In this document: positions 40,246 to 53,100 of the stretch, in pieces | Position numbering within the stretch: the first letter of the stretch is position 1 | Layout of the letters: each line of letters begins with the position of its first letter | Source of the DNA: Lama glama | Lineage: Eukaryota | Length of the DNA stretch: 64,000 bases | Direction of reading: 5' to 3' | NCBI GenBank assembly: GCA_028534125.1 | Contig: CM052816.1 | Location: 2,420,001-2,484,000 of the forward strand | Position numbers and translations under genes: made by a program | Notes under the pieces: generated by a model | What the model was told of the DNA's origin: nothing | Database searches by the model: none | The model's input: the letters and a program-made list of their open reading frames with translations, nothing else

Positions 40246-41664
40246 ATTTAGAATCCCAACATGATCACTTACCAAGGAGAGAATGAATAAATTTAAAATA
40301 CAGGACCATGTTTTTATTTTTTTTTTTAAAGCAGGATCTATGATTCCCAATCCACCAAGACACTGAAGAAACTGTAGCCATCACAGTAAAAACAATGGTC
40401 AAAAGTCGATTAGTCATGGCAAGAAGAAGCAGGTTGCAAGACTTCCCTTCTAAAGCCAAGGATGAAATTTCTCCAAATAAGATTACAGCAAATTAAGAGT
40501 CAAACTACAAAATATGAAATGTAATAAAGGAAAGTTGGCTTCTACACATCATGTAACTAAATCTATTCAAAACATAATTTTGGTAATTGGGAACTGGCAC
40601 TGAAGTCATCAGAAGATGCCTGCTGTAAGATTCCCACCAATGTCCTAGCTAAAAATTATATATAATATGCTTATGTATAAACTTGTTATTGAGACACGTG
40701 AGAACATCAAGTAGAGCACGGTTTTTGAATCCTCCTTCCAAAAAGATTGGCAGCTCAGAAGAGCTGAGATGGTTCCCAGAGAAATTAGGAAGTCAGGAGA
40801 AATCCCTTCATCTTAATCCACTCCCCCAACCCCAATGTGGCAGCACAGGCTGAAGTCAGATCCCTGAACCAAGCCATGGGTGCATTCAGAAGAAACAAGA
40901 TGCTCTGCATGCAGCCAAATAGGGGAAATCAGGCCAATATTTTCAAAACCTCCTAAGGGTAAATTACCTGACTTCATTGGGCCACTAAGGCAGCAGCCAG
41001 CAATAAGAGCTAACTCCTGGCCACCAGTTCACGGCAAAAAAGAGAATTTATTATGAGAGATAAGGGTCTCTCATAGGAACCAAGGGCAAGAACTGATTGG
41101 ACCTCGGGATGTAGTTAGAACTAGGAAGTTGGAAGGAACTCACTCCATCTCTCCCTTTCTCTCAGCTCTGTCTCCCTGTGCCTCTTTCGTTCTTTGCATC
41201 TGCATCTCTTGTACACGTGGCAGAATCCGGCCACTCCCAGTTTTAGTCTACATGTTAACTTCTAGCCACACAGACAACCTGACTCTTATTTCCCCTTGGT
41301 CCTAGTTATAGATTTTACAGAAAATCTTTGGAAAGTATCATAATGCAACTCAAGAAACAATGCACCATTGTTCTCATTTATTTGAGTCTTAAAGCCAGAA
41401 CTACACAATCCATTCCTAGTAATACTTTTTACTACGGTATTTGACATCCTTAAAAATATAACAGTGTAGCTGTCAAAACAGAGTTTTTCTCATTGAGGGA
41501 AAAAAAAATTTCCCCATCATGATAAAGCCAAGATTTTGGATAGATTTTGGGGGGGATTCAACGTAAATAAGATTGAGAGCCATTAATATGGACCACACTG
41601 GATGGGTAACTAGGATCTGTCTGGATTTTCCCACTATTATCAGGAAGAGGGAAAACTATGAATA

Positions 41665-41737
41665 TAGTTTTCTTGATGCAAAAAGTATTTATAAAAATTT
41701 TAGTTTTCTTTAGCAGAAAGTATTTATATAAATTTTA
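41665..41737. repeat. ~36-bp AT-rich tandem duplication
   Basis: tagttttcttgatgcaaaaagtatttataaaaattt / tagttttctttagcagaaagtatttatataaatttta. Confidence 0.85.
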
Positions 41738-42622
41738 AGGCTTCATATCTCATCAAGCCGTGAGTCATGTCCACTATGTGCTGTTGAAAAAAAGTATTTT
41801 AAAGTATGTATATAGAATACACTTGCCTTTAAAACCTCACCAGGGTCTTCAGGATAAACAAATTCCTTTCATAATATACTTTCCTAATCATGCACATGAC
41901 CTTAGTAATTCTAGATTTTTCTCTCTTGTGACTCTTTTAGGGTTTTTTTGTTCCATGATTTATGAATATGTCTATATAAAAGGGATTTAAATTGCTTCAG
42001 TGTATGGCAGAACCAATCACTCCTACAAACTATCTTATAAAATAGTACCTTGAAATAAGATTAGGAGCTAATCCCCCCGTTCAAGGTTCAGATTCAAAGA
42101 AAGAAATCAATTGGCCGCCTATAGATACACAGAGGTGCTTCCATCCCCCAATACCGCTCCTTCTGATTCTGCAATAGACTCTGAGATTTCTGCCTGCAAA
42201 CCAGGCTGGCAAAAAGAAAATTATCTGAGTCAGATGGCAAATCAAAACATTCTAAGTCGATAGCATTTTAGCCTCAATTACTTTCTTAGATTTTAATGTA
42301 GCCTAAACCAGGACTTGAAGGGAATGAGATACAGATCTGGAAAGCTAGAATTTGGAGACTTCATAAGACTTGAAAAGAACACAGAACAGGGAACTCAACT
42401 ATTTTATAAAACCCTAGGGCCCATTCTATCGTGCATTCGCTCATCAAACAAATTTATCCAACAAGTATGAACTAAGCTTATACTGTAGGTGGAACACGAG
42501 TCCAGGCAGCAGAACAAGAGCAGCACAGTCAGCTTGGTGGCTGAGATAACACACGTTTCCCAGCTTAAAATCAAGAATAACCCCAACTGGGTTAAACTGC
42601 CCCTCGGTCCAGGGAAACTTAC

Positions 42623-43058
42623 GTCCTTTTCTCAGGAGGCTAAGCCCACCGCTCTGGGGAGACGAACCCCAATTATTGCAAATGAACCAAAGCAAAGCCA
42701 TCTCTTTAGGGGAACCTCTTTACTATCAAAGATTGTTTGAACTTGTAGGAGCCCATCCATGAAGTGTTTAACACTTGGGTGCTGGTTTATTTAGGATCAT
42801 GGGCTTGATGTAATTAACGGCTTTTCTTGAGAAATCTTGCATCCTCGATGTCGGGATCAAATCCAGAGAGATGTGAGAAGTGCACGTCCCTCTTCCTCTC
42901 TCTCTCTTCCTGACTGAAACACTTTCTCTGAACTCGGTGCGGGGCGGGGAGGTGGGATCCTGGGGACTGAGCAAACTCAGCAGCAGCCTTCAATGTTTTT
43001 CTTGTTTGTTGGTCCAAAGCTGCGACTTGGATTACCGTGGTTTGGGAACTGAAATCCT
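42623..43058 (-). other. Candidate first exon (likely 5' UTR with uORFs) of a minus-strand transcript
   Basis: TATAAATA at 43087-43080; CA initiator ~29 nt downstream (43058); locally CpG-richer unique sequence with a GA tract; donor GAC|GTAAGT with perfect intronic consensus at 42622. Confidence 0.45.
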
Positions 43059-43079
43059 GACACGAACAATTAAATTCTG

Positions 43080-43087
43080 TATTTATA
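43080..43087 (-). promoter_or_regulatory. TATA box (TATAAATA) of the candidate promoter
   Basis: plus-strand tatttata with a correctly spaced TCA initiator. Confidence 0.4.
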
Positions 43088-44557
43088 TTCCTAGCCATTT
43101 CATCTTGTCATTTGCGGTTTCCTTCAAATTACAAAACAATTAAATGAAGAATCTGGCAAAGAAATCGAACCAGATGTGTGTTTCTTATCCACCCTCCTCC
43201 CCCCAGTTCCCTTTTAATGGCAGGAAAAAGAATGTAATTTAAGTCTTCCCAGCTCTTCAGCTGTGGAACAGCTGAACAGGCATCCTGAAGGAGAAAGTGT
43301 CTCTTTCACTAAAGAGTGTGATGTCGTGTTTTATCTGCGATGTTGAAGAGGAAAGCCCTTGAAGTACAGAATTCCCTCAGAGAAATGAAACACACACATA
43401 CTCCAACCGCAGCATTTATTATCCTGACATTGCAATTTAGTAAACAAAAGACACAGAAAGTGTCACCCTGGTCTGCCTTTTGGTAAACAGCATGTATGAG
43501 GGGTTCCTTAAAAATGTAATAAAGCTGAAAGCTTTCTCTTAAACATAAATTAAGATCTAACATCTGAACTTGTCTAATATATGTCAAATGATATTGTCAT
43601 ACCCGTTTAGAGGAACAGTCAGAATTTTAATTCTTTTCTGCAGGCAGATGATGCATAGGAGCAAATGCATTTCATGCACCTCTCATTCTCTGAACCCATT
43701 TCATCAGAGAGGTAGAGAACTTATCTTTGATGGATTTATATCTACCACCTGCACAAACTCATTGCACCTCTCAAAGATCCTTCTGTTTGCAACACTAGCA
43801 AGCTATCGGATAAATAGGCCCAGGGTGCTCTCACAGACACCTGGAGGATGCGCTCCACGCCTTTTCAAAGCACAGCATCTCCAATCAGGTAATCGAGTGC
43901 AGACAATTTGGAAGACAATATCTATCAACAAACTCAGAAAGTTTGGCTGTACACGTCTAAAAGTTAAACCCAAAGTGTCACGTTACATTTTATTCTGAAA
44001 GAGGCAACAGAGCCTCTGCATAATGATTTCCTATGCTGAATTAGACAGAGAAAGAACTTTTCCATTTTTCCTGACCCGTAACTTACTATCAGGCAAAAAG
44101 GCTATTAGGTGGAGGAAATGCTACTTGATTGAATGGTTCCATTTTTTTTTTTTTTTTTTTGGCCACCATCACCTTCCCCCAACCCCAAACACACACACAC
44201 TGACTGAGAACAAAGAAAAGTAACCTTTCTCAGTTTTGCTTCTCCTTCTAAGGAAGAAGGCAAAACGGGGAAATTTAGTCTTTGGAATTAGACAACTGTG
44301 GGATCTTCTAACACTGGCTGTGGGATCTCGGACAAATTATTTCCTCCTGTTCTAAAGGGTTTTCTCAACTTAAAAAAAAGAAATGGAGAAATACCGTCAC
44401 TTACATCATGGAGCTGCTGTGAGGTAACGTATGGGCAATTCTAATGAGGCAGCTCTCGGCAGCAGGCAGGCCCCACCCATCACTGTTGGCATCAGAATTG
44501 AAGCTCAGCTCAAGTTCCACCACCTCTGATGACTTCCTAGTATTTGCTCCCTCTTTG

Positions 44558-44714
44558 TTGCTTCGTTTTGTTTTGTTTCATTTTTTTTGCAGGGGGAAAG
44601 TAAGTAGGGTTTTAAATTATTTATTTATTTATTTAAATGGAGGTGCTGGGGATTGAACCCAGGACCTCGTGGGTGCTAAGCACACACTCTACCACTGAGC
44701 TATTCCCTCCCCTC
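44558..44714 (-). mobile_element. tRNA-derived SINE (camelid Vic-1-like) with TSD
   Basis: Reverse strand reads gaggggagggaatagctcagtggtagag..gggttcaatccccagcacctcc, then (TAAA)n and an A-rich tail; 17-bp TSD tatttgctccctctttg (44541-44557) / tatctgctccctctttg (44715-44731). Confidence 0.92.
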
Positions 44715-45576
44715 TATCTGCTCCCTCTTTGAGCTCACAAGCTTTAAGGTCAATACTTACGCTTGGCACTTACATATTCCCTGGAATTTGAATTTTTGTG
44801 TTTATATTTTTTTTTGTTTTCCTTTCTTAAACAGAATGGCCCTTATTTAAAAAAGAAACAAAACATAATTTTTTCTGGAGTACAAAAACAGTACATGCTC
44901 CAGATGACAAACTTAGCAAATTCAGGTAAGAAAGTTAAATAAAAATCACTGTCGTCTCATACTTAGATGACAACATATTGAACATATCCTTCTGGATTGT
45001 GTGTGTTTGTTTGCTATGTATACATATCTGGCTATCATACTATAAAGTATGTTTTTTCACCTATTTTCTCCCTATACATATGAGAACATTTTATATGTTA
45101 TTAAAATATTCTTATGAAGCCTTGTGATGTTTGGGTCTAAGGTGACTTAAACAATCACCTATTGTTGGCCATTTAGGCTATTTCCAAATTGTTGCTCTAA
45201 TAAACCAAATTTTTAATGCAAGACTTTTCAGAGGAGGATGTACATTTTTGTGATTTGAATGCTTTGTTTGTCTAACATAGAGCCATGGATCAATACAGCA
45301 ACCACCTGTGGATCTTAAAGGCAGGTGTGTTTGGGATTCAGATGTATGGATGAGACTGGACCTCAGAGACTGGCTGGTATCAGAGGCTCACCATGGAGGG
45401 CAGACATGGCGGCCCCACCCACATCTATCCGAGAGCCACAGACTTGTTTTGAAGACTAACAAACTCTGCATTTCTCTTTCCACCTGCCTCTCCCCAGGAG
45501 ATCTTCTCGAAGCCTTCCTCATCTCAGTAGACTTCCAAAATACATGACTATTATACCTTAGTAGCCAAACTTTGGC

Positions 45577-45628
45577 TGTGTGGGTGTATGGGTGTGTGGG
45601 TGTGTGGGTGTGTGGGTGTGTGGGTGTG
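45577..45628. repeat. (TGTGGGTG)n 8-bp simple repeat
   Basis: tgtgtgggtgtatgggtgtgtgggtgtgtgggtg.. Confidence 0.9.
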
Positions 45629-45629
45629 T

Positions 45630-45990
45630 TTATCTTTTTATTGAAGTAGAACATACACAGGAAAAACGCACATGTAAGTGCAGTTCAGTGAATTTTTATA
45701 AACTGAACACGCCCATGTAACCAGCATTCAGATCAAGAAACAGAGCATTCCCAGAACCCCAGAAGCACCCCCACTTACACTCCCTTCTAATCACTACCCC
45801 CAAGAGTAAGTAACCACTACCCTAGCATCTAACACCATAGACTAGTCTGCCTGATTTTGTCCTTTTTATAAAAGTGGAATTGTACACGTCATACTGTTTT
45901 GCCTGACTTCTTTGCTCAATATGATGCTTGTGAGACCCACCCAGGTTGTTGTGTGTAGCTGTGGGCCGTTCGTTCCCATGGTCAGGAGAC
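45630..45990 (-). mobile_element. Ancient L1ME 3' end, reverse
   Basis: ttttattgaagtagaacatacacag..cccatgtaaccagcattcagatcaagaaacagagcatt..ttctttgctcaatatgatgcttgtgaga. Confidence 0.8.
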
Positions 45991-48719
45991 TGTTCTATAT
46001 GTGACTTGAGAGTGATTTTTCAACCTTTATAATTTTTAGCAGTAGAAACTTTCTTTGATATGAAACTGCATGTGGGATCCCACTACGTGAAACACCGAAG
46101 AGGAGAGAGATTGTGTCGGCAGAAGCAGGGGTGGAAGGTGCAGATCACATCCGTCCCCTCCCGCTGACCCACTCGCTACTGTCTGCGATACACCCTCGGT
46201 GCTATGACTATGACGGATTTTTATTTCCACTCTGTAATTTTCTCTATTTCCTAAAGACAGTTTTATGTACAGACATATATCTGTGTCGCCTCTCTGCCAT
46301 GAATATACTGTCCATTTAAATGCTACTATATACAAGTCTCTCAAAATTATCTACTTCTTACTTCAGACAGTAGATCCACGACAGTTATGACAAAAACACA
46401 TTCAGGTCTGGGATCTGAAAAAGTCTAGGGTGAAATGCTTACAGAGGGGAGACAGCAGCTAAGATACCAAAGTGGTGGTTCTGAGTATCAATGGGCCAAC
46501 ATACGATGCCTCCTTAAAAAGGGGGAAAAAGTGGTCTCCAAAGGCAACCATGGCTGACATCATGGTTTCGCTGAGTATCTGCCATTATTGGGGTCACAGA
46601 AACAGATCTGTCCCATAGAGGGAGAGCTCTTTCACTGGGATGAGAGGAAAACAACCAAAGTGCAGTGACTGTCCTCCCTTATAACCAAGTCAGCAATTGC
46701 AATGGTCAAACTGGATGTGTTTTTCTTGGCATGGCCAAGCTAAACTTTTGTCATTCACTTAGCAGACGTCCACCAAATTAGAAACATTGGGAAAGGCAAT
46801 TTCTCTGATGTCTTGGTTTCAACAGTACTGATCTGTAATTATTTCTCCAAACAAAAAGAAAGTGTTTGACAGAGACATTTAAAGACTTAAAACAACTTTC
46901 TTATAGGAAACACATGCTTCTTCTCCAAATTAAAACACACCATTATGCTAATACGGGGACACGCAGCAAGCAGAATTTGCTAGGGATTTGTTGCGGGGAG
47001 TTGGGGTGGGGGGTGCTGCCGAGAGGGGCGAGCAGAAGGTAGGAGACAACTGACTTTTGTTAGCTGTCCTGAACAGATGCCAAAAGGCTGAAGTCCAACA
47101 AATGTGTCCTTAAAATGACCCCATGATACACACCGGGCAAGCATCTCTATGCTTTTCATGGGACTGCACAAAGTCGAGCTTCAGAAAAACACATCAAGAA
47201 CGAATTTCTGGTTTCTATTAGTGCTTTCTCACCTAGTCCCTATACTGAATTATATGGCTCTTTTAGGCTCAAAGGCAAATAGATGGGTATACAGGTATGG
47301 GGGGTCCTTCGTAACTTCTGTGGTACAGCCTGATGTAAAAACATAAATGCAGTCCTTCCTCAGAAAGCACTTTGTCTTCTCTCTCATCTTCCCTCCATCT
47401 CTGAAACCCACCACAATCTCGGCAATAAATGCAAAGAAATGTCACATCCACATCAGCGTGCTTTGTGCTCAAAGATGCTTGAATTTGGAAATGAGGCAGT
47501 TATAAAGCACAGTAATAGGAGAAAACTTTAACCATTAAATAGTGTTGGTGATTCGCAGCACCAGGTTTGATAAAACCAATGCAGTCCAGGATGTTTCAGT
47601 AAATCTCTAAATTATTGTGCACTCAAGGGGTGGTTTCATTTTTGCGATGGTGAGTAGCCAGGAACGCAAAGAGGAAAAAGGCAGGGAGGAAAGTTTTGCT
47701 GAAGTCACGTTTGCTTGATTTATTTTTTAATAAAAATTAAGAAGGATAGTGCCAAGATTTTCTTTCATTCATCATTAACTCATCCATTTCCTATCATCGT
47801 CATTGGTCATAGGGATCTTAGTGGATTCTATCCAAGCTCCTTTTGCTCCAGTCCTGGCAGAAATCCCCAAGATCATCAGGGACCCTGATCTTTCTTGTTT
47901 TGGCTTGTTGTGTTTTGTTTATTGGTTGTTAAGGTGAGTTTTGCTTCATTTTTGTTTGTTAAAAGGAACATTCCCTGCCTAGTCCGTCTCCCCGGTGGCT
48001 TTCAGTTTGTTTTACAAAAAACGTTCAGGTTCCATTTCTACAAGCACCATCACCCCCGTATTACTCACACTATCACCTAGCACATCACAGCCCCACATCA
48101 AAACGTAACTGGCACCAGGAAGGGACATCACTTTAACCTCTTATCAATGATCATTGCTTCAGTATGAACCAGGCTGCCAGCCTATTTCTAGAAAAATTAT
48201 TCACTCCCTCCTCGAACAGTTGTCACAGAGCCCAGTTTTCCCAAGCACTTTCTAATTTCATGTAATTACTCCTTTCAAAAGGATGACTCACTAAACTTTT
48301 ACCTACTTATCATTTGATTCATATACACTCATAATAGTTTACATAAATTGAAATGTCAACCAAAAAAAAAAAATCTTGTGTCAAAGCATGTGTCTTCCAT
48401 TTTCATTCTGAAAGTACAGTGCAGGCCTGGGGAGTTTGCATGTCACCAGCTTTCAGCATCACTGGGATGTGTCACAGTGGTTTGCATACATGGCCCAAAT
48501 TCCTCCCCAGATGATGTCTCCTCAAAGACGAAGTCTACTGCTGGTGCCCAATGGATGTTTCTCCAGGATTAGTGGAGAGCAAGATTCTAATAAATTTAGA
48601 TTTAAGAAATAAATGAACCTAACACCGTGTGCACTGGCCTGGGCAGATGGGACCTGACTAGAGCATTACTGGAGAGAGGGTGGTCCCCATCATCCGATGA
48701 CCCCTGGAGACTTCTAACA

Positions 48720-48935
48720 CAGTGGTTCTCAACCGGGGATGATTTTGCTCCCCACGGATCCTTTGGCAATGTCTGGAGACATTTTATGGCTGTCACAGCA
48801 GAGGGGGTGCGAGTGGCATCTAGTGGGTAGGGTCCGTGAATGCTGCAACACATCCCACAAAGCATGGAACCACCCCCATAGGTCAGAATTATCTGACCCC
48901 AAATGCCAACAGTGGGGAGGCTGAGAGAACCTTCT
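48720..48935. mobile_element. MER20 hAT MITE
   Basis: cagtggttctcaaccgggg..ttggcaatgtctggagacatttt..ggcatctagtgggtag..ccaaatgccaacagtg..gctgagagaacc. Confidence 0.9.
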
Positions 48936-49473
48936 GTAGGGCATTAAGTAAGTGGATTTAGGTGGAAGAGGTGGGGCTGGGACTGAAACACAAAAATAAA
49001 ATAACAAGCATAGATTACCTCCTTTCATACTGGCAACAATTCCTGGAGGTAGAAGTTACTATCATCATACTTTATGGATGAAGAAACTGGTTAAATAGTT
49101 TACTCAAGGTCACAGAACTAGTGAACAGCAGAGCTGACATTTCAACCCAGGATCTCTTAAGCTCTTAACTTCCCCCACAAACTTTGCCTCTGCTGGAGTT
49201 ATTTATTAAATTCTTATTTCCAAATGATAAATTTACAGACAGCAAGCAGCATAGCAAAACGAAGTAAGAGTAAAGCTGATTTAAAAAGCATCATGGTAAG
49301 CAAAGAAAGACAGAGTTATAAAAATGCCAGAAGGGAAAAACACACTTTGGTACACAGTGACTGAAGGTGGCCTTCAAAGTTGGCTTTGACTTTCCAAGTG
49401 GACAGAGCAACAAGGGAACTGTGATCAGCTACACAATGTACATCGTTCACAAGATGAAAAGCCCACCGTCCTA

Positions 49474-50195
49474 CAAAACTAAATGTACTCTTCCCAGAGG
49501 ATCCAGCATTCCTACTCCTTGGAATGTAGCCCCAAAGCCGAAAACTCATGTTCACACAAACACCTGCACACAGATATTACAGCAGCTGTATCCGCGACTG
49601 TCAACACTTAGAAGCAACCAAGATGTCCCTCAGGGGGTGAGTGGATAAACAGACTGTAGTAAATTCTGCACTAAAAAGGAATGAATCATCAAGACAGGAA
49701 GGAGATTTAAATGCGTATTACTAAGTGAAATAAGCCAGTCTGAAGAGGCTACACACTGTGTGATTCCAACTATATGACATTCTGGAAAAGGCAAATCTAA
49801 GGAGACAGTAAAATGATCGGTGGTTCCCAGGGGCTGGGGGTGGGGTGGGGCGGGGCAGAGGGATGAGTGTGGAGCACAGAGGGTTTTTAGGGCGGCGAAG
49901 CTATTCCGGGTGATTATTATAACATGGATGTATGCATTGTACATTTTCCCTGAAGTCATAGACTGTCCAACACCAAAAGTGAACCCTAACGTAAACTTTG
50001 GACTCTGGAGGATCATGACATGTCAGTGTAGGCTCATCGGTTGTAACAAAAGCACCAGTCTGGCGGGGGATGTTGGTAACGGGGGAAGCAATGCATGTAC
50101 CGGGGCAGAAGCTACATGGGAACCCTCTGTACCTTCCTCTCAATTTTGCTGTGAACCTAAAACTTCCCTGAAAACTAAAGTCTATTTAAAAATAA
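49474..50195 (+). mobile_element. L1MC-like 3' end
   Basis: gaagcaaccaagatgtcc..ctaagtgaaataagccagtctgaagaggctac..gtgaaccctaacgtaaactttggact..aattttgctgtgaacctaaaact..taaagtctattt. Confidence 0.88.
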
Positions 50196-53100
50196 AAATG
50201 AAATACCACCCCTACCCCCCACAAAATACACAAAATCCAAAACTAAAATCCCACTAGTTACTCGGGAGGAGTCAAAAGTTTCCCAGCTCAGAGGACTGAA
50301 AAAAAATCAATCTCAGTCTTCTTAAACAGGCCATTACTTGTATTTAAGAATATCTTGATAATAAATAAAATAGTAAATTTTGTTTGGCCATTTCTCTCAG
50401 CATCCCTGATGGCAAGAATCCAAAAGAATTTGTTAAAAGTGACGGATTCTACGTGGACCAAAAGGGTTGAAAAGGGCAAACCTCTCATGACTGAACTGAA
50501 ATTAGGCTCCCGGAACAGAAGGATAGGTGGGCTACAGCACCCTGCATCAGTCCTTTCGGGATCCTCACTTTATTTTTAGAACTCAGTTTCCACATACGTA
50601 AAATGGGACTATTAATAGCACGTACTTTGTTAGGCAATGGTTTATCATTTTTGAATCCATCTAGCAAATATTAATTGGATGCCTACTTAATGTTGCCACT
50701 GCCTGGGGCCTGCACCTCGGTTACAGAGGTGAACGGGACAGTTATGGTCCCTGCTGCCTCAGAGTTACAGCTCAACGGTAGAGAAGGAAGTTCACCGACA
50801 CATACAACAGAAAGTCATACACCCAACGAATGTGTACCGAGCATCTAGAAAGGGTGAGGCACCGGACTGCAGTGGATGTATCTATCATTCTGTTGTTGTT
50901 TTAAAAAATGATCACTGTAAACAACTTCCTCTTTTTGGATTCTTGTACTGAAGAAGGCTGAGTGAAACGGCTAAGTAACTAAATGGAGCAGATCTGGACG
51001 AGGAGGACTTACAGGACTGCCCCCCGCCCCTTTCTTGTAAAGGCCTCGCACCTTTACTCTAGGGGGCAACGTCCATGCTGTGGCCTAAGTGAGTGACAGC
51101 CTGAAGGTGCAGTGCCCAACCTGCACTACTGGACTCTCTGGCACTTGGGTCCAACTATCCGACATCTAACTCTAGGCTACAGAGATCATTCCAGGTTGGT
51201 CCTGAAAAAACCGTTATCAAGCTTCTACAATACAGAATCAGATATAAGCATGCACTTGACAAAGTCATGGTATTCCTTTAGATGTGCAGTGTGGATCTCA
51301 GTTCCACGAATCCAATTTGCTCAGTCTTTATTACTAACAGCTTCTGACGTTCAGCTCTGGCATAAGGTACTCTTTTCCTCCCTGATCACTGGGACATAAT
51401 AGAGATTCATTTCCCTTCTGAAAGAAAGCCCTACCAAGAGAAAAGGCCAAGAGAATGTGTTTTGTCACCTCTGAGCTAAAACCATTGTATTTCTCCAAAA
51501 GCAATCATCTTTAGACATTACAATGGCACGTGCAGGGCACCGCATAGCATTTATTTTCATCGGTATGCTTTGTCAGTCCCACCCTAGACTGGATTCATTC
51601 TTCTCCAGAAATCTTACCAAATCAAGTTTGATTTTTCCTATGAAATAACATTTGGCTGCACAAACATGCTCGACCATACTGAAGAGCACAGTCAAGAACA
51701 TCAGCATCTCAGGGATACAAACCCAGCCCGGATGAGAAACATCAGAAGCCTCCAAGCTCTCTCTGCTTTCCACCCCCACCCCCCGCCCCCGCCCCGAAGG
51801 GTTCAAAAGGTCTAATTCTTTCCCATTTAGGTCTTGTCCATTCCCAGATCTGAGCTGGGAAAGGAGAAGGCAAGAGTTTATTTTAAATTATATTTGGCTT
51901 TAAAAACTCGCTGTGTTTTCAATTCTGAGAGTGAATAAAAGAAAATTGCAGTGATCGGAAAGGACGGAGAAAAGGCTGTGCTCTCTCAATCATGCGACTG
52001 TTTTGTTATTATTACTACTAACTCTACCTAGTGTACTGTTAGACAAGATACATTATCTAGGTACTTTACCTGACCCAGAGGGAATTTCTAGTCTAAAACA
52101 ACAAATATTGATGTGGATTTAATTGACGTTCAAATGAAGTTCAGCCTTTCAGAGATAAGATATTTAAAGATAATAAGACTATCCTGTTAAGGGCAGATAC
52201 ATTTGGTAACATGCTAGAAGGTTCACTAATTGTATTGATCACACATATTTTCAAATCCAAAACAAGGCTAGAGATCGTTTTTGATCAAAGGCTAATAAAT
52301 AAAGAGGTGTTTCTAATTTTCATAGTAAGCTTAAACTTCAGAGATTTTATATTTCCCACCCAGAAAACAAATTCTCTTAACAGTTTCAAGAAGCAATATT
52401 TCTGATCAAAGGGAGGCAAACCTTTGGTTAAAAAAATTCCTCAAAAAATAGAAAAGCCAATAACTGCACAATTAACTAAACTGATTATTCTTTTTCTGAA
52501 CAAGTGCTCATTGTAACATGAATTATGACAATGATGTGACAGTTGCTGCCTAAGATTTGAGATTATCTTGGCTGTGTTTTGTGTTTTTCTTTAAAGAGGC
52601 ATAAAATGAATATATGGCAATTACTATTTACCGAATCAAGGAAAGATTTGTGGAGAAGAAAAAGAGGCTGTTAGACTGCGTCCATTCATATCCACCTACT
52701 TTAAAAACTATTATGAAAGGAATTAAACAGTATTTTGGTTTGGCTGCGCAGACAACTGCACTATCACACCATGTAATGGGCATTAAAAGCTTTCTCTTGA
52801 GCAATGCCTTCCAGAACAAGACCAGCAAAGGACTGGCCTTTGAAGAGATCTGATGCTTCATCCTTCTGCGTTAGTTTTCTTTCAACATTGGCACTGAAAT
52901 AACCGGTAGAGATATTTCTCCCTATATTTTAATGAGGTTACATTTTTAATTGTATAAAAAGCTTCAGAGTAGTACCTGAAAGTAGAAAATCCGTAAGATG
53001 CGAGGGTCTGTTTCATACATATCAAATGACAGTTGTTTATTTATGACATCAATTTATTTTTCACTTTGCAATTACGTAAAAATAGCAATAACATGGCCAG

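Noticed and set aside
40310..40435. Plus-strand acceptor (T-run..aaagcag) and possible exon
   Set aside because: Stops in all frames, poor donor, opposite to the inferred transcription strand.
43570..43998. 142-aa plus-strand ORF
   Set aside because: Non-ATG start, no homology cues, composition typical of non-coding DNA.
49630..50257. 128- and 145-aa ORFs
   Set aside because: They lie within an L1MC 3' UTR.
51052..51072. CTCF-like motif (ctctagggggcaac)
   Set aside because: Lacks the conserved CC 5' of the core; too weak to call.
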